Counted from the stretch's first letter, positions 37,001-49,073 are shown. The stretch: DNA of 64,000 nt from Amoebophrya sp. A120 (GCA_905178155.1 CAJINV010000012.1:677271-741270), one strand, 5' to 3'. Made by a program: numbers and translations. Notes: generated from the letters alone by a model not told the origin.

Positions 37001-40000
37001 CTGTTATACAGATCAGAGCAACCTTATTGCTCTGAATATTATTCATAGTGTCTCCTGTCATCATGCAGAACACGGAAAATCGGGATCATAGGTCGTCCTT
37101 TTTTGTCCATAGGTGGTCAGGAAGCGCGTCCAGAGCGTCTGAATGGATGCCGTGTGCCTCCTCCAACACTTTCCCGACACTGTCGCTCAGCCAATCCTCA
37201 CCTCCAAAGTCCCAGTTTATGTCCAGGAACGGCACGTCGATGCTCTGTTGCTTGTTCATCGCCCCTTCCTGTTCTCCCACTCCGGTGGACTGCGACGTTT
37301 TCTTCTTGGCCGCTAGGTTTGTTCTTCTCTGTTGCTCCAGCTTCAGGATTTGGTTTTTGCGGTATTTCTTCCTCTTCTCTATCCGCCGAAGACGAATTTG
37401 TTCTCGTATCGTGTGCAGTTGCTGCAGCTTGTGGAGTTGCTGCTGCTGCTGCAGCTCCTGCGACATCCGGTACGTCCTCTGCGCGACCTGGTTCTCTTCC
37501 TTGTGTAGTCTCTGTAGTTGCTCGCCTTCTCTCATCATCTCTTCATCCAATTCAAGAAAATTGTTTTTTTGCGGAGATGGCACTACACTTCCACTTTTCC
37601 GCGCCGGCGCGCCGATTCTTGTAGCATGCTGGGAGACGAGAGGCTGAGGCTCATCGTCAAGCTTGTGACGTTCTTCGTGTTCGTGTGCTACTGCAGCAGT
37701 TGCAGTTGGTTCTTGAGCATCTACTTCTGCGATGAAGGATGCTGGCAACACTGGTTCTTCCTGCGTATTTCCTGTTCTTGTATGTCGTTGCGCAGCTGCA
37801 GTTGGCTGCTCATCTACTTCCAAAGTCGTGGAGGCGAGCAGGTTTGGTGTAGTTGCTTCGTCCCATAATTCTTCCACCGCTGCCACCCCGCCGTCGTTCG
37901 ACACGGCGACTGCCTGCTCTGGTGGTTTTTGACTGGCTCCGGTAGTTATTTTTGGCCCGAAGATCCCAGAGGAGTGGTCCTGCTGCTCGAGCAGCTCGAG
38001 CCCGCGCGAAGGAGAACGGCCAGCGCCTCTTAGGGCATGATGTGCATGCGTGGGGGCAGCCGCAGCACCCCCGCCCGCAGACGCGACTAGTTCTAACGCA
38101 GAAGAGGATGAAGGAGAAGGAAGTCCCTCTTGTTGTTGTACTGCATGACTAGGCTGTGCAGTTATAATCTTATGCTGATCTTCTTCTGCAGGAGAATCTC
38201 CTGGTCCTGGAAACTGGGCGTCCTTTTCGTTTTCTCCCGGTCCCCCTGCTCCTCCTGCTGCGTGAGTAGAGGACATCAAACCTGCTTCGCCCAGAGGTGG
38301 ACCGTTGGCGCTGCTCGCCGTGCTTGTGCTGCTACTAATTTTGGTGCCCCCAGGGTGGTCGTAGTGGTTGTCATCTACGGAGATCATTTCCTCCTCGCCA
38401 CCCACAGCAACTTTCCGTGCGGCAACTAGAAAAGTAGCCATGTTGTTGTGCAGTTTCTGTGAAGATGAGTCATCATCTCGTCCGCGTGGTGAAGTAGACG
38501 GTGAAGAGGTCCTGGGAAAGCTACGCAGTTGTGTTGACAAGAGCAGCAAAACCGCCGTAAAGAACATCAGACACGTTGTCGTTGTAAGGAGCGGCACATA
38601 ATAAAAGCAAGGCGGAGGTTTGTTTTTACTTTTCGCGGCCACAGTCGTGGAAGAACTCCAACAAGAAGTTGTTCGCCATGTGGTGGATGAAGAGAATTTT
38701 TTGTTCAAAATCTTCATCGCGGCGGAAATCTTTTTCCTAGTCTTCCTTCTCGTGCACAATGAAGGAGACCATTTGATGTTCAATGGGCCGCGATCATGTC
38801 GAACAACGGGAACTAGAAGCTGCTGTTGTTCTTCTTGCAACTCTCCTCCTCGCGGAAGTGGTAGTGGACTGCTGCCACGACTCATGTCAGTCTGTGAGAC
38901 CTCCCTTTGGAAGACGAGTTGTGTACTGTAGGAAGTAGATGTAGTTGACAGCGGCCAAAGCCTTGCTCTTCCATCGGACGTCGTCGTCGAAGAGGACGCC
39001 TTACCACTTCGTTGCTCGTCGCGTCCTGTGTAGTCTGACTCTGCTAGTAGGCGGCGGCCATTGAAGGTAGTGCTACAACTCCGGATCATGTCGGGGGCAG
39101 ATTGGTTGCTGCGGTCGTCGTCCACAGGCAGCTCTCTTGCGCAAGTAGATGTTGTTTGTTTCCTAATCCTTTCCTCGTCCGCCTGCTTGACTACTACTGC
39201 GCGGTGTCGTGGTTGCAGCTTGGACGCCGACGTGCAATTACCTCGCCAGAACTGCTGCTGCTGCCGTTGCTTCCGGGATCTCTCGTCGAGATCATCCCTC
39301 CCGCGGCCCGTGGTTCTCTTGATAGTTGCCCTCTCGCAGTTGCAGCAATGGTCCTGCTGCTGCTGCTGAGAAGTGGCACGAGCGGAGCTTGAGTTTCTCC
39401 TCCTGGTGCAGAACGGGAAATGAAATCGCGACAGCAACAGTCCTCGTCCGATCAAGGTAGGCGCGGCAGCGTCGTCTCTGTTCTTATCCTCTGCCGACAG
39501 CGACGAGAACAGCTTCTGCCGCCTGAGTTTATGTTTGCAGTTCTGTCGCCAGCCGGAGGGTGAAAACCAAAACCTACACCAGCTGGAACAAGTTGTCACA
39601 ACGACCGATGTTGAACAGGCTAGCATATTACACGGAGCAACAGAAGAAGAAGGAGTTCTCTGCCCGCGCGCATCATCATGATTTCGCCCGTCGAACGAGG
39701 AGGAAAACATCTGCGATGAAATGCTGCATGTTCTTGAGGAACTACTTGTGCTGCTGCTGCTGCCCCCTCCTGAAGGTAGTTGCTCTGTTACTTTTTGCAC
39801 TCGGAGAATTTCTATCTCTGGTAGCATCTGTGATGTCGCCGATGTGGAGGTGTTCGTAGTTCCTGCTACCGGGGGCCGTGAACAAGCAGATGCAGTCGGT
39901 CCCAAACTGCTGCTCGGTGTGCTGTGCAGATCAGCGCTAGAAGAAGTAGCAGCACTTGCTGGACGAGGACTTCTACTCCGAAGACTTGAATTTTGCTGCT

Positions 40001-41207
40001 CCTGCACCTCCTTGACAGGAACTCGAACTTCGCCGTCTGATACTACCATCGTTTTTATGTTCGAAACCTCATTCATTACTACCTCGCTTTTATTCAAACA
40101 AGCGCAAGCCCTGGATGAAGATGAAGATGAAGATGAAGATGCGAGAGAGCGGACGGCGCTAGTGCCCGCAGGTAATGTCGTTGCACTGTTACTAGTTTCC
40201 TTTGGCCTTGTCCAGCCGGAACAAGTTTCTGGAGTGTTTTTCATCCTTGCGCATGGTCTTCTACTTCTCGTTGCACCATCAGCTGACGCAGTCGATGTTG
40301 AGATAGAAGCTGCTCGTCTAGTTGTACCACCGGAGTTCTTCAACATATTGCAACCTCTGGTCGCGCACCTGGAACTGTTCAACTGTCCACACGGATTAAG
40401 TGCGTTTGGACTTCGGTTTCTAGTTTCAATCAGGCTTACGCAGTTCATCCCCTGTTGCTCCTGCGCCACTGGTGGTCCTTCTACCTGCTGGTGCAGCTGT
40501 TCCAGTGTCGCATCTGACTTTGGTCTTTGCGAAACAGGCCGCACAGATGGTCGTGTTCTTGTTCCACCTTGCCGCTCCTGCTCCGTGTGTGACGAGGACG
40601 AAAAACAAGACGAAGAGGACGCAGTTGCAAAGCGTGTTGATGTTATTAATCCACCGTCTTCAACACGTTGTATAAACCGCGTAGAAGAAGAGGAGGTCAA
40701 GGAACTAGCACAACTAAAGCTTGAAGCTGATCCAGCGGCCCCTCGACTAGGAACATCATCTTCACGACTTGACAAGGAAGACTCCTCGATGCGCCCTCCC
40801 CTGCTTTGCCGGCTTTCAGGAGCATCAAAGATCATCCTACTTGAAATAGACCTAGACGCTGGAACTACGACCGGATTGGTAGAAGAAGTGCTAACGTCGG
40901 CACGCGGGAAAAAAGCCGTGGGCGATGAGCTGCTCGCCGTTCTACTGCAGGAACGCGACGTAGCAGCAGGGTTGTTTTCACCTCCTCGAGAACCGGCTGG
41001 GGTAAGAAGATTGTCGTTTTTGTTCATGATCTCTTGGCCAACGTCGAGCTGCATTGAACTATCTTGCGCCCGGCCAAGCCCCTGCTGGCATGGCGCAACC
41101 GAAGATGACACCATTTTTACACGGTCGTGAAGTTCTAGTGCAGCGGTCATCTTCCACCTGTTCATCTCCTCGTTCTTTCTGTCATCATCAACATCTCCCA
41201 CCTCCAT
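31097..41207 (-). CDS. Very large multi-exon hypothetical protein (possibly two genes); S/T-rich 1373-aa first exon, K-rich C-terminus
   Basis: Exons such as PGASDSATWDD, AAVDDDKG, LEATRLAAE and KIKDNVKKAV separated by more than 12 introners; internal hydrophobic segment; not every junction verified. Confidence 0.5.
31922..32312. mobile_element. Degenerate introner family A containing a nested H element
   Basis: TATGCACTGCAAAAG ... tagtatcgaatac-atttg[H]atttg-caattcata. Confidence 0.75.
32090..32298. mobile_element. Introner family H nested in the TIR of a family A element
   Basis: TIRs; TSD atttg. Confidence 0.9.
32343..32663. mobile_element. Introner family F
   Basis: TIRs; TSD tctcg. 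Confidence 0.9.
32722..32904. mobile_element. Degenerate introner family G
   Basis: TATCAGGGTGCACAACT.CCCCTCCCC and an imperfect partner; frame restored by removing element plus 5 nt. Confidence 0.7.
32964..33107. mobile_element. Highly degenerate introner
   Basis: Imperfect IR tcaaagccaaaaagtgttaatctaaacgg / ccgttaggattcacacttt..tttga; gcatgacag core; ends approximate. Confidence 0.5.
33193..33434. mobile_element. Introner family I
   Basis: Long TIR TATGGCGTTCTCAA..GTTACATTCTCAACTGTTACATGAATTTGT; TSD gttgc. Confidence 0.9.
33523..33699. mobile_element. Short degenerate introner family B
   Basis: GTCTGGGTCTGGA / TCCAGACCTAGAC; flanks cgcca/cgccg. Confidence 0.8.
33766..33919. mobile_element. 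Introner family M
   Basis: TIR TAT..AAATT.CCG.ACATGTACAA; TSD agcgt. Confidence 0.85.
34306..34479. mobile_element. Introner family A
   Basis: TIRs; TSD atcct. Confidence 0.9.
34512..34811. mobile_element. Introner family D-like
   Basis: TATCCTGCG(C/T)AAAAAC..CCCCA; flanks ggcaa/ggtaa. Confidence 0.8.
34852..35055. mobile_element. Degenerate introner family A
   Basis: TIR remnants; flanks tcagg/ccagg. Confidence 0.75.
35402..35660. mobile_element. Introner family E
   Basis: TIRs; TSD tccag. Confidence 0.9.
35795..36079. mobile_element. Introner family D2
   Basis: TIRs; TSD gcccg. Confidence 0.9.
36169..36380. mobile_element. Introner family H (CAT end variant)
   Basis: TIRs; TSD gcctg. 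Confidence 0.85.
36684..37090. mobile_element. Degenerate composite introner
   Basis: TAT...ATA ends between two exons that join in frame; TIR and TSD decayed; contains a MITE. Confidence 0.55.
36758..37008. mobile_element. AT-rich MITE with a 27-bp perfect TIR
   Basis: TATAACAGGCTCAGATGTCGAATTCAA ... TTGAATTCGACATCTGAGCCTGTTATA; no 5-bp TSD, possible TA TSD. Confidence 0.85.
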
Positions 41208-41790
41208 TATCAGAACCGGACCAAGACGCTGGATCGACTGCTGCCCACAAGAGCAGAGCCCAGCGACCTCATTCTGTGGTCATGATTTGTTGGAAGAAAA
41301 GCATCGCTGTGCTCAAAAGAGCTCAACACAGTAGGTATTTTCATTAGTCTACGTCGCCTAAACGTGAATACGTTTTGGAGAGAGCAGTCCTCAAAATCAT
41401 TGCTCACTCATCTTGCCCTTTCCAAACAATATTCCGATGATGTCACAATGCCATCCTGCTCCTGCATGCACTCACGACAATCTCTCTTTAAAGCTTCCAC
41501 TCATGTTCCCCGAGGGCCCCACGATGAAAATTGACACGTGATATGATTCATCACAGACGAGCGAGAACGAGCGAGATTGTAGTACTCTTATTCGAATTTT
41601 TGCGCATGTCCTGTGATCGAACCTCAAACGTTGGCCGTTTTTGCGCTATTCGTGCATCGTCGTGTTTGATGTAGAGAGTCTGATTCTTAATCGATGGTCC
41701 GGCGACCCCTACTGTGTGTCAACATTGCGACGCTTTATTCACATTTTTCGCTTGATGGCACTTGCTTCACATGTACATGTTCGTACTGAG

Positions 41791-43523
41791 TCATTGACTT
41801 GCGGTAGTGTTCCGAGTCTGTGTCTGCTTTGTTTGTTCCGCGTCAGTAGTACTATTGTTTTGGTGCACCAGTTTTTCTTGTTCAGAGCTATTGGTGACCA
41901 CGTGCTGCGCTCTTGCCGAGCCAGTATCATGATCTATTTCTTGCTTTTGCTTCGGCTTCGCCGGTATCATCATGGTGCAGTTCCTCTTCCTTCCCAGCAA
42001 GTGCACGCTTGCGTTCACGCCATTCAGCGATAGCAAGTCCATAGCCGAAGCGTTGTTATCCTCTGCTGTAGTCCTCGAAGTGGTGAAATTGTTCTTCGTG
42101 CCATTTTTACCGGAGAATTCGTCGACAGCGGCAGCCCCGGAAAATGCGACATCTGGATCTGTGACGTTCGGACATGATGATAAAATTGATGTTGAAGCTG
42201 CAGCCAAGTCATCTACTGCTTCCCCCTCCTCCCCCTGCACCGACGCCGGCGCAACAACCGCGGGCCTGCACGCCGACAAGCGGAGGAGATACTCACGGCT
42301 CCCGACTTGCCACCATCCCTGCTTTATCCAGTGCAAAAGCATCGTACTCGTAGCAATTATGGCAGCCATGCATTACAAATCTTTTTCTTCAGGTAGATCC
42401 GCATTACAAAATTTCTCATGCTGAGGAAATTTGTATTAATGCATTTATGCGAGTACGATACTTTTGCAGTGCATATGCTTCGCCAGCACGATCCAGCCGC
42501 CGTGCCCTACCGGCGGCGCGAGTCTCCCCATGTAGAGCACACTGCCGCTCGTGTATGGGAGTGTCAGGTTTGAAACCGACAAAGTTGAAATAACTTGCAA
42601 TGCATAAAAAACATCGATACCAGTTGGAAGCTCAATTTTCAAGCAGCGCATGAGAAATTTCGGCGCCGTCTAAATCCAGTTTGTCATGCTGTTTAGCGAG
42701 AGAAGGCGTTTTTTGTCATGCTACTTTAGCAGCCCTACCGCAGACCCAGAACAGGCTGACAGTCGGCCTCACTTGCCGTCCCTGCAAGAGAGGCACTTCA
42801 TGCCTTGCAGTTTATGTATGAGAAATCATTTCAACTTTGACGATTTCAATCCTGACGCTTCCATATCGTGTGCGTCTGCCGCACTTCGGTGATGTTCACA
42901 CAACGCGCCGTTGGGACGGGTATCAACTGCAAATCTGTCTGGGTCTGGAAGAGTCATGCTGTTTTTGCATGACACAGAAGGACTCGCATGGAAGCTCTAG
43001 CATCACAGGTTTCTCTAGGTTTCGAGAAGCTTCCACAATGGTGCCGAATCCGCATGACAAATCCCCCACTTTGTTGACGGAAAGTGGGCAACTTTTGCTG
43101 CCTAGGCATGAGAGATTTGTATGCGTTGTGAAATGCGCATCACAAGTTTGCACTCTTCCAGACACAGACATATTTGCAATCCATAGCGGGCTCCGGATAC
43201 CGACTGCGAGGCGAGGCAAGGGAGGGTGTCGGCCACTCCGCGTACAGCCAAGGCGTGTTCAGGCGATTCCGTGCGGTTTGGTAGAACCCAGGGGCTGGGG
43301 GACCAGGTGGAGGCTTTGGTGCGTCGGCCTCTGGTTTAACTACGGAAACTGCAGCTCCCTCTGTATAATTTGTCATGTTGGTACTGTTCGTCGTCGTCGT
43401 CGTCGTCGTGGGATTCGTATGATTTGTTCCCACCGCCGCGCCGGCAGTGGCGCTGAAGGCCGGCAAGATGACACCAGCAGGTACCAGCAACGTAAGCCAA
43501 CACGAACGACGAGGAGCCAGCAT
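41791..43523 (-). CDS. Putative secreted hypothetical protein, three introners
   Basis: Signal-like MLAPRRSCWLTLLVPAGVILPAFSA; T/P-rich linker; exon fragments flank three introners. Confidence 0.6.
42325..42475. mobile_element. Introner family A
   Basis: TIRs; TSD tgctt. Confidence 0.9.
42554..42865. mobile_element. Introner family C
   Basis: TIRs; TSD tcgtg. Confidence 0.9.
42921..43185. mobile_element. Introner family B
   Basis: TIRs; flanks acggg/gcggg. Confidence 0.9.
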
Positions 43524-44001
43524 GTCTGATTGAAACAACACCTTTTTTAGGAACAGAAGAGCAATAGCCTCACTTTGGTTCTTGGTTGAGCAATACAAGC
43601 GTACGCCCTCGCTCTCTGTGCTGCGTGAAAGCACGAGAAGATGTTCATCGCGCTACGGTACGAACTATGTCTCTACCAATAGGTCGACGTCAAGAAAAAA
43701 AGTCGCAAATAGGATCTCCCGCACACACACGCTCTACTACCCCGCGTCAAATGCCCTTGCAGAGCATTGTGAGCAGACTTCTGTTTGCCAAGCCCAGGAG
43801 ACGCAGTGCGTCGTTTTTCTTTGTTCTGTGGTTCTGCGCAACGAAAATTTTGAAACGTCCTCGGACAGCTCAGTGCTAGTCAAGTTGCTGATATTGTCTT
43901 CTTTGAAAAAAAACTACACAAACGGACTGCTACTAGGTAGCTCTGGGCAGTAGATTTGGTCTTAGCCAGGGAGGCTTTAGTGAGGTGAATACAACACAAC
44001 C

Positions 44002-46214
44002 TCAATCCGCCTCTACCGTGGTGGGCTCGAGCGTGATTCTCTCCCGCAGAAAGTAGTCCAGGTAAATATAACCATCTCAGGTGTTACAATCTCAAACGTT
44101 ACAATAGAGTCTGGGATTCGTCTGGCATCATGAGCATTACAGACTCGTAGACCGTTACACTTTCTGCAATACAAATTTCGCCAGTTTGTAGTGTGGTTTG
44201 GGACTCCGGAACTTGTCATGCGCAGTCCTATGAGAGTTGGCTAGATCATGATCATGCATTTCTTGCATCACATATTTCCAGACTCTATTGTAACGTTCGA
44301 GATTGTAACGCTTGAGCAGGTCATAGTAAAGGCACACGGCGCGAAACTCCCGCGGCGCCCAGAAGTGCGTACCGTTCGGCACCAGAACCGCGACGGCGTG
44401 TTGCCCTTCGGCCCGCGTGCAACGGTTCTCCTCTGCTGAGGGGCTCTCCAGCGCGGCGACGGGGTCACCGCCGGGGAACAATTGCTGCAATTGCTGCTTG
44501 AAGGCCGACACAGAACAGTAGCCGTCGTATGAACTGCAAAAGTATCGTACTCGTATAAATGCATGACAAATTTTCTCAGCACGAGAAATAAAATTTGTCA
44601 TGCTGATTTACCTTACGAAAAATATTTGTGATGCAAGACCTGCATTTATACGAGTACGATACTTTTGCACAGGATACGTCGTTCGTCCCGTTGATGTACA
44701 GCTGGGGTCGCTTATTGGGCGACGGCGACTGATATCAAGAGCACAAGTGTCTGGGTCTGGAAGAGTGCCAGGTTTGTCATGCATATTTTGCATAACCCAT
44801 GACGCCTGTGATGCATGACCTAGCATCTTCAGAGATTTCTAAAGGGCCTTCTGATGCGTATTCCGCATGAGAAACGCCCACTCCGCGCAGCACAAACTGA
44901 ACTCCTCTTGCTGGTCATGCAATACAGATTTTTTATTTTGCCTTCCAAAGACAGCATCACAAGTTGCAACCTTCCAGACCCAGACATTTTTGCATTTGAT
45001 AACTGAATCAGGCCGCCGAGAAACAGGTTCCCCAAAAAGCCAAAGGGTGGAGATAACGCGACAATGCTATCAAAAGGAAAAATCCCCCCTCCCCATATCA
45101 AAACGGAAATCTGTGATGCAGATTTGTTGTCACAAATCAGCTTTGTCATGCTACACGGGACAAGATGCGCACTGTAGTACTGGGTGGCGTGGGGAAGCCT
45201 TGCATCTTCAGCATGATAGGAGGCAGCTAAGAGTGGAAAACAGCATGACAAATTGCCTGCAAACGAGGCCACGACTGCGGCTCTTGGCCTTCTAGCATGA
45301 CAAGTCGATTTGTGACCTCAAATACAGCATCACAAATTTCGTTTTCGATATGGGGAGGGGGGATTTTTCCTTTTGATAAATGCCCGCGACGCGCTCGTCC
45401 GTCGCAAACCGGTTCCCAACCGCAATGGCCGCGTTGGCACCGGCGGAGTACCCCACCACGAGGACCCGACGGCACTTCGGCAGGTGTTTCGCACAGTCGC
45501 CCCGGGTGAGCGCCTCCACAGCTTTACAGGCGTCCTCGGTTTCGCCGTACCCCCGAAGGCTGGGGTGCGCCGTGTCGTACCGCACGGCCGGAAGTCGGTG
45601 CTGCGACGCCAGATAGTGCTGCAACCAGGTCACCACGTAGTTATTCTTGTCTCCGCCCAGGTAGTACATCGGGAGCTATGCATTGCAAAAGTATTATAAT
45701 CGCGGCCATCGTAGCAATTGCAAATATGCATTACAAGTCTCCTTCTCAAGGCGAACCGGCATTAGAAATTCCATTTCTCATGCTGGGAATCAAATTTGGC
45801 ATGCATTTTCCATAATACGTTGTTGTACTTTTGTATTGCATAGGTGCAGTACCAGTGCAACCAGCGTGCCCTCTCCGGTTTCCCCATGCTCGTCCGCAGG
45901 CCGAAGTAAGTCGCATTGCATATCCTGTGCAAAAGTATCGCACTCGTACCAATTGCAGCCATGCGTTACAACTCTCCTTTTTATTTAGGCAAATCCGCAT
46001 TACAAATTCCATTTCTAATGCTCAGAAAATCTGTAATGCGATTTCTACTAGTACGATGCTTTTGCATTTCATAGTGCAGCAGGTCCGCCAAAACAAACTG
46101 AGAACTTTGGGTCTTCTGTGCGGGTCCCAGCGCGCCGGTGCTCGTCTCGGATCCCGCTCGAGTCTGACGGCTACCGGAAGCCGCTGCTGTGGTCGCGCGC
46201 GACGGCGATGACAT
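44002..46214 (-). CDS. Alpha/beta-fold hydrolase, six introners
   Basis: Spliced motifs H-x-P..LGGDKNNYVV, VVGYSAG (GxSxG), IVALSPP, LYINGTND (Asp), NGTHFW (His); ends ...EPTTVEAD*. Confidence 0.85.
44067..44325. mobile_element. Introner family E
   Basis: TIRs; TSD gtaaa. Confidence 0.9.
44528..44676. mobile_element. Introner family A
   Basis: TIRs; TSD cgtcg; close to 52292-52440 in sequence. Confidence 0.95.
44733..45001. mobile_element. Introner family B
   Basis: TIRs; TSD actga. Confidence 0.9.
45068..45378. mobile_element. Introner family F
   Basis: ~30-bp TIR TATCAAAAGGAAAAATCCCCCCTCCCCATATC; TSD aatgc. Confidence 0.95.
45677..45842. mobile_element. Degenerate introner family A
   Basis: TIR remnants; flanks ggagc/ggtgc. 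Confidence 0.8.
45921..46073. mobile_element. Introner family A (empty site present at 48933-48937)
   Basis: TIRs; flanks ttgca/gtgca. Confidence 0.95.
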
Positions 46215-46473
46215 TCTTCTTCAACAACTCGTATTTGTCTCAGGGTCAGACGGATGGATCGTCGATGTAAAAAGGCTGGTAAGGCACGATATGGGTTCAA
46301 ACCATATGTTGACACAGAAGTTTACGTAGTAAAATAGCGATTTGTTAAGCCAGAAAGAATCATGACTTGGAAAATCCCCCCCCTTTGCGTCGGAAACTCC
46401 CCTCGTTGGGGAACGAGAGCCCAAATGCTACAACTTCGAGCGTTTTAAACATACTGAAGCCAAAACATCGGGC

Positions 46474-46519
46474 GACGTTGCGAACCACAAAAATCGGACG
46501 TTGCGAACCACAAAAATCG
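46474..46519. repeat. 23-bp tandem duplication
   Basis: gacgttgcgaaccacaaaaatcg x2. Confidence 0.9.
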
Positions 46520-46939
46520 GGCGTGGCTTACGAACGACATCACAGGCACCTTGCAGGCAGTGTCGCAGGGCGTTCCTATCGGCGATGTGGCGCGGGCAAT
46601 AGCGCGCTGCAATTAGAAGGCTCGCAAAAAATTTTTCGCGCCATGCAGCAAACGCTACTAGCGACAGAGCAACACGCTTACGGAACGTCCTGCAATTTGA
46701 ATCGGTAGCCCTCGCCCTATTTCTGCCATGTGTGCTGTAAAAGGTCAGCGCTTGCGGTTTTTTTTTGTTCATGTAGTCATAACTCACTGAATTGCCACTC
46801 TACGAAAATCCCACTTCTAGAATGATTCCGGGATGAGATAGCTTTTCTCTGGGGTGGTAATTCAGCGAGCCCTTGCTCCGGAAGAACCAGAAGCCTAGTA
46901 ATTCACTTTTCGAAATAGCGGAGTGAGATTGTTCCAGGA

Positions 46940-48020
46940 GTGAATATTCACTGAATTTTCACTCGGTTTCTCGTTCCGGAACGAGAAATCGAGTGAAAAT
47001 TCAGTGAATTTTCACTTTTGGAAAAATCCTGCTTCCCGAATTCGCGCTCCGGGAAAACTTCGCCTCCGGAGTGAAAATTTTCAAAAAGTGAAAATTCACT
47101 GAATTTTCACTCGATTTCTCGTTCCGGAACGAGGCCTCGTTCCGGAACGAGGCCTCGTTCTGGAACGAGGAATCGAGTGAAAATTCACTGAATTTTCACT
47201 TTTTGAAAATTTTCACTCTGGGAGCTCAAGTCTCTCTCCCGGAAAATTCGTGATCCAAAAGTGATTTTTTTCAAAAAGAAAAAGTGAAAATTCACTGAAT
47301 TTTCACTCGGCTTCTCGTTCCGGAACGAGAAATCGAGTGAAAATTCAGTGAGTATTCACTTTCGGAAAATTTTAACTCCGGGAGCCGAAGCCTCTCTCCA
47401 GAAACATGCATGCTCCAAAAGTTATTTTTTTCAAAAAGTGAATACTCACTGAATTTTCACTCGGCTTCTCGTTCCGGAACGAGAAACCGAGTGAAAATTC
47501 AGTGAATATTCACTTTCGGAAAATTTTCACTCCGGGAGCCGAAGCCTCTCTCCAGAAACATGCATGCTCCAAAAGTGATTTTTTTCAAGAAGTGAATACT
47601 CACTGAATTTTTACTCGGCTTCTCGTTCCGGAACGAGAAATCGAGTGAAAATTCAGTGAATATTCACTTTTTGAAAAGTCCCACTTTGGGATCCCGAATT
47701 TTCCGGGATTGAGAATTCACTAAATTCTACTCACTCCATTTCTCGTTCCGAAACGAAAACCAAGTGAGAACTCATTGAGTTCTCACTTTTTGAAAAGTCC
47801 TGGAGTGAGAATTCAGAAAATTCTCACTCCATTTCTCGCTCCGGAACGAGAAGCCGCGCAAGAATTCACTGCGTTCTCACTTTTTAAAAAGTCCTGGAGT
47901 GGCAATTCAGTGAGTTCTCACTTCGTTTCTCGTTCCGGAACGAGAGCCCACACGAAAACTCGCTGCGTTCTCACTTTTTGAAAAAATCCGGGCATTACGC
48001 GCCTCGTTCCCGAACGAGGG
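46940..48020. repeat. Array of nested palindromes centred on CTCGTTCCGGAACGAG
   Basis: About 11 cores; arms GTGAAAATTCACTGAATTTTCAC; 154-bp period at 47316/47470/47624. Confidence 0.95.
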
Positions 48021-48333
48021 GAGTTTCCGATGTCATTTTGTGGTAGAGGTTCCAAGTCATGGAAGGAAAGAATATCATCACCGGACATGATTGCTTTTTC
48101 CTTTTTTCTGCAAGAACGGCAGGCCTGAATATCAAATCTCGTTCATGCCCTTTGTTATTTCATCAACTCTCGGTCTCTACAACACTCAATGTCCGTCGTC
48201 CACGGAGCACAGGTAGCTGATCATCTAGATTCTTCCGGAACACACACAACTCGTCTGTGCCCATCCTCAAAACATCGGCTCTGTTTTAGTTCTACTTGGT
48301 GATTTCATCTTTTACCCGCCTGGACGGCGATTG

Positions 48334-48892
48334 GATTTTTCACCTGGCGGAAAAGAAAAGCAAAAGAAAGCTGTACTGAGATGCTATATCGGGGCCTCAG
48401 TTCCGGCATTCAAAATTCAACCAGTGTTGAGATTTGCTTCTGTTCAACACTAAATTTTCTCGTCATCATGAAGAATCTGAATCACAAAGTAAAGTTGTAA
48501 AAGAGAACCAAAATAAGCTCGGTAGCTGAAAAAGGAGGCAAAATAAAGTTGAGTCGTGATCCAGAAGTTTAGGCACTAGTTTTCGTATCGCTTCGGGTGC
48601 AGAAGCTTTAGCTCAGAACAATTGATCATTCCTTCTCCAGGAAGTTCTTATACTCGTATTGACATGCAGATGCAACTCATTTCTCTCGTCGTACTCGTAG
48701 TCAGCAGCAGTTCGCTGTCTAATCTTTGTAGACCACGCGAAGAGCTTGTCACTGTCTTTTTGAACTTTTGTCGTTGAAAAAGATAAAGCGTAAATTTCCC
48801 AAATAAAACTACGCCACTTCAACTCACCACCGGCATCGCGTAGCTGCAGGTCGTTTCTGCAACGGCTCTCGGTAAAACAATCGCTTTTTCGT
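48334..48892 (-). repeat. Diverged duplicate of 49324-49903 (last codons and 3' region of the upstream gene)
   Basis: Collinear with many indels; the coding part is nearly identical. Confidence 0.9.
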
Positions 48893-49073
48893 AGAGATTT
48901 ACGCGGAACACGGATGGGCCGCGGAAGTCGCATTGCAGCAGGTCCGCCAAAACAAACTTAGAACTTTGGGTCTTCTGTGCGGGTCCCAGCGCACCGGTGC
49001 TCGTCTCGGATCCCGCTCGACTCTGACGGCTACCGGAAGCCGCTGCTGTGGTCGCGCGCGACGGCGATGACAT
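48819..49073 (-). pseudogene. Chimeric 84-aa ORF: hydrolase N-terminus fused to the adhesin-gene C-terminus
   Basis: MSSPSRATT..LADLLQCD + filler + EKAIVLPRAVAETTCSYAMPVVS*. Confidence 0.7.

Larger units (their letters stand above)
46361..48061. mobile_element. 1.7-kb non-autonomous TIR element with an internal palindrome array
   Basis: CATGACTTGGAA/TTCCAAGTCATG termini plus a 28/30 subterminal IR (46388-46417 vs 48003-48032); 8-bp flanks gaaagaat/gaaggaaa. Confidence 0.7.

Noticed and set aside
39721-41130. Long plus-strand ORFs (469 aa here; also 31092-31649, 53184-53705, 58370-59062)
   Set aside because: They are antisense shadows of low-complexity minus-strand exons.
46454-46471. Relict dinoflagellate spliced leader (minus strand CCGATGTTTTGGCTTCAG vs ...TTTTGGCTCAAG)
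   Set aside because: Only a 10/12 match and it lies inside the TIR element. Its position at the duplication edge is curious but not enough to call.
46940-48020. CRISPR array
   Set aside because: The sequences between palindromes are themselves repeats rather than unique spacers, the period is irregular, there are no cas genes and the context is eukaryotic.
2566-48904. Shared 14-mer gtagagatttacgc at two junctions (~2566 and 48891)
   Set aside because: Several 14-mer matches are expected by chance in 64 kb, and the similarity does not extend.
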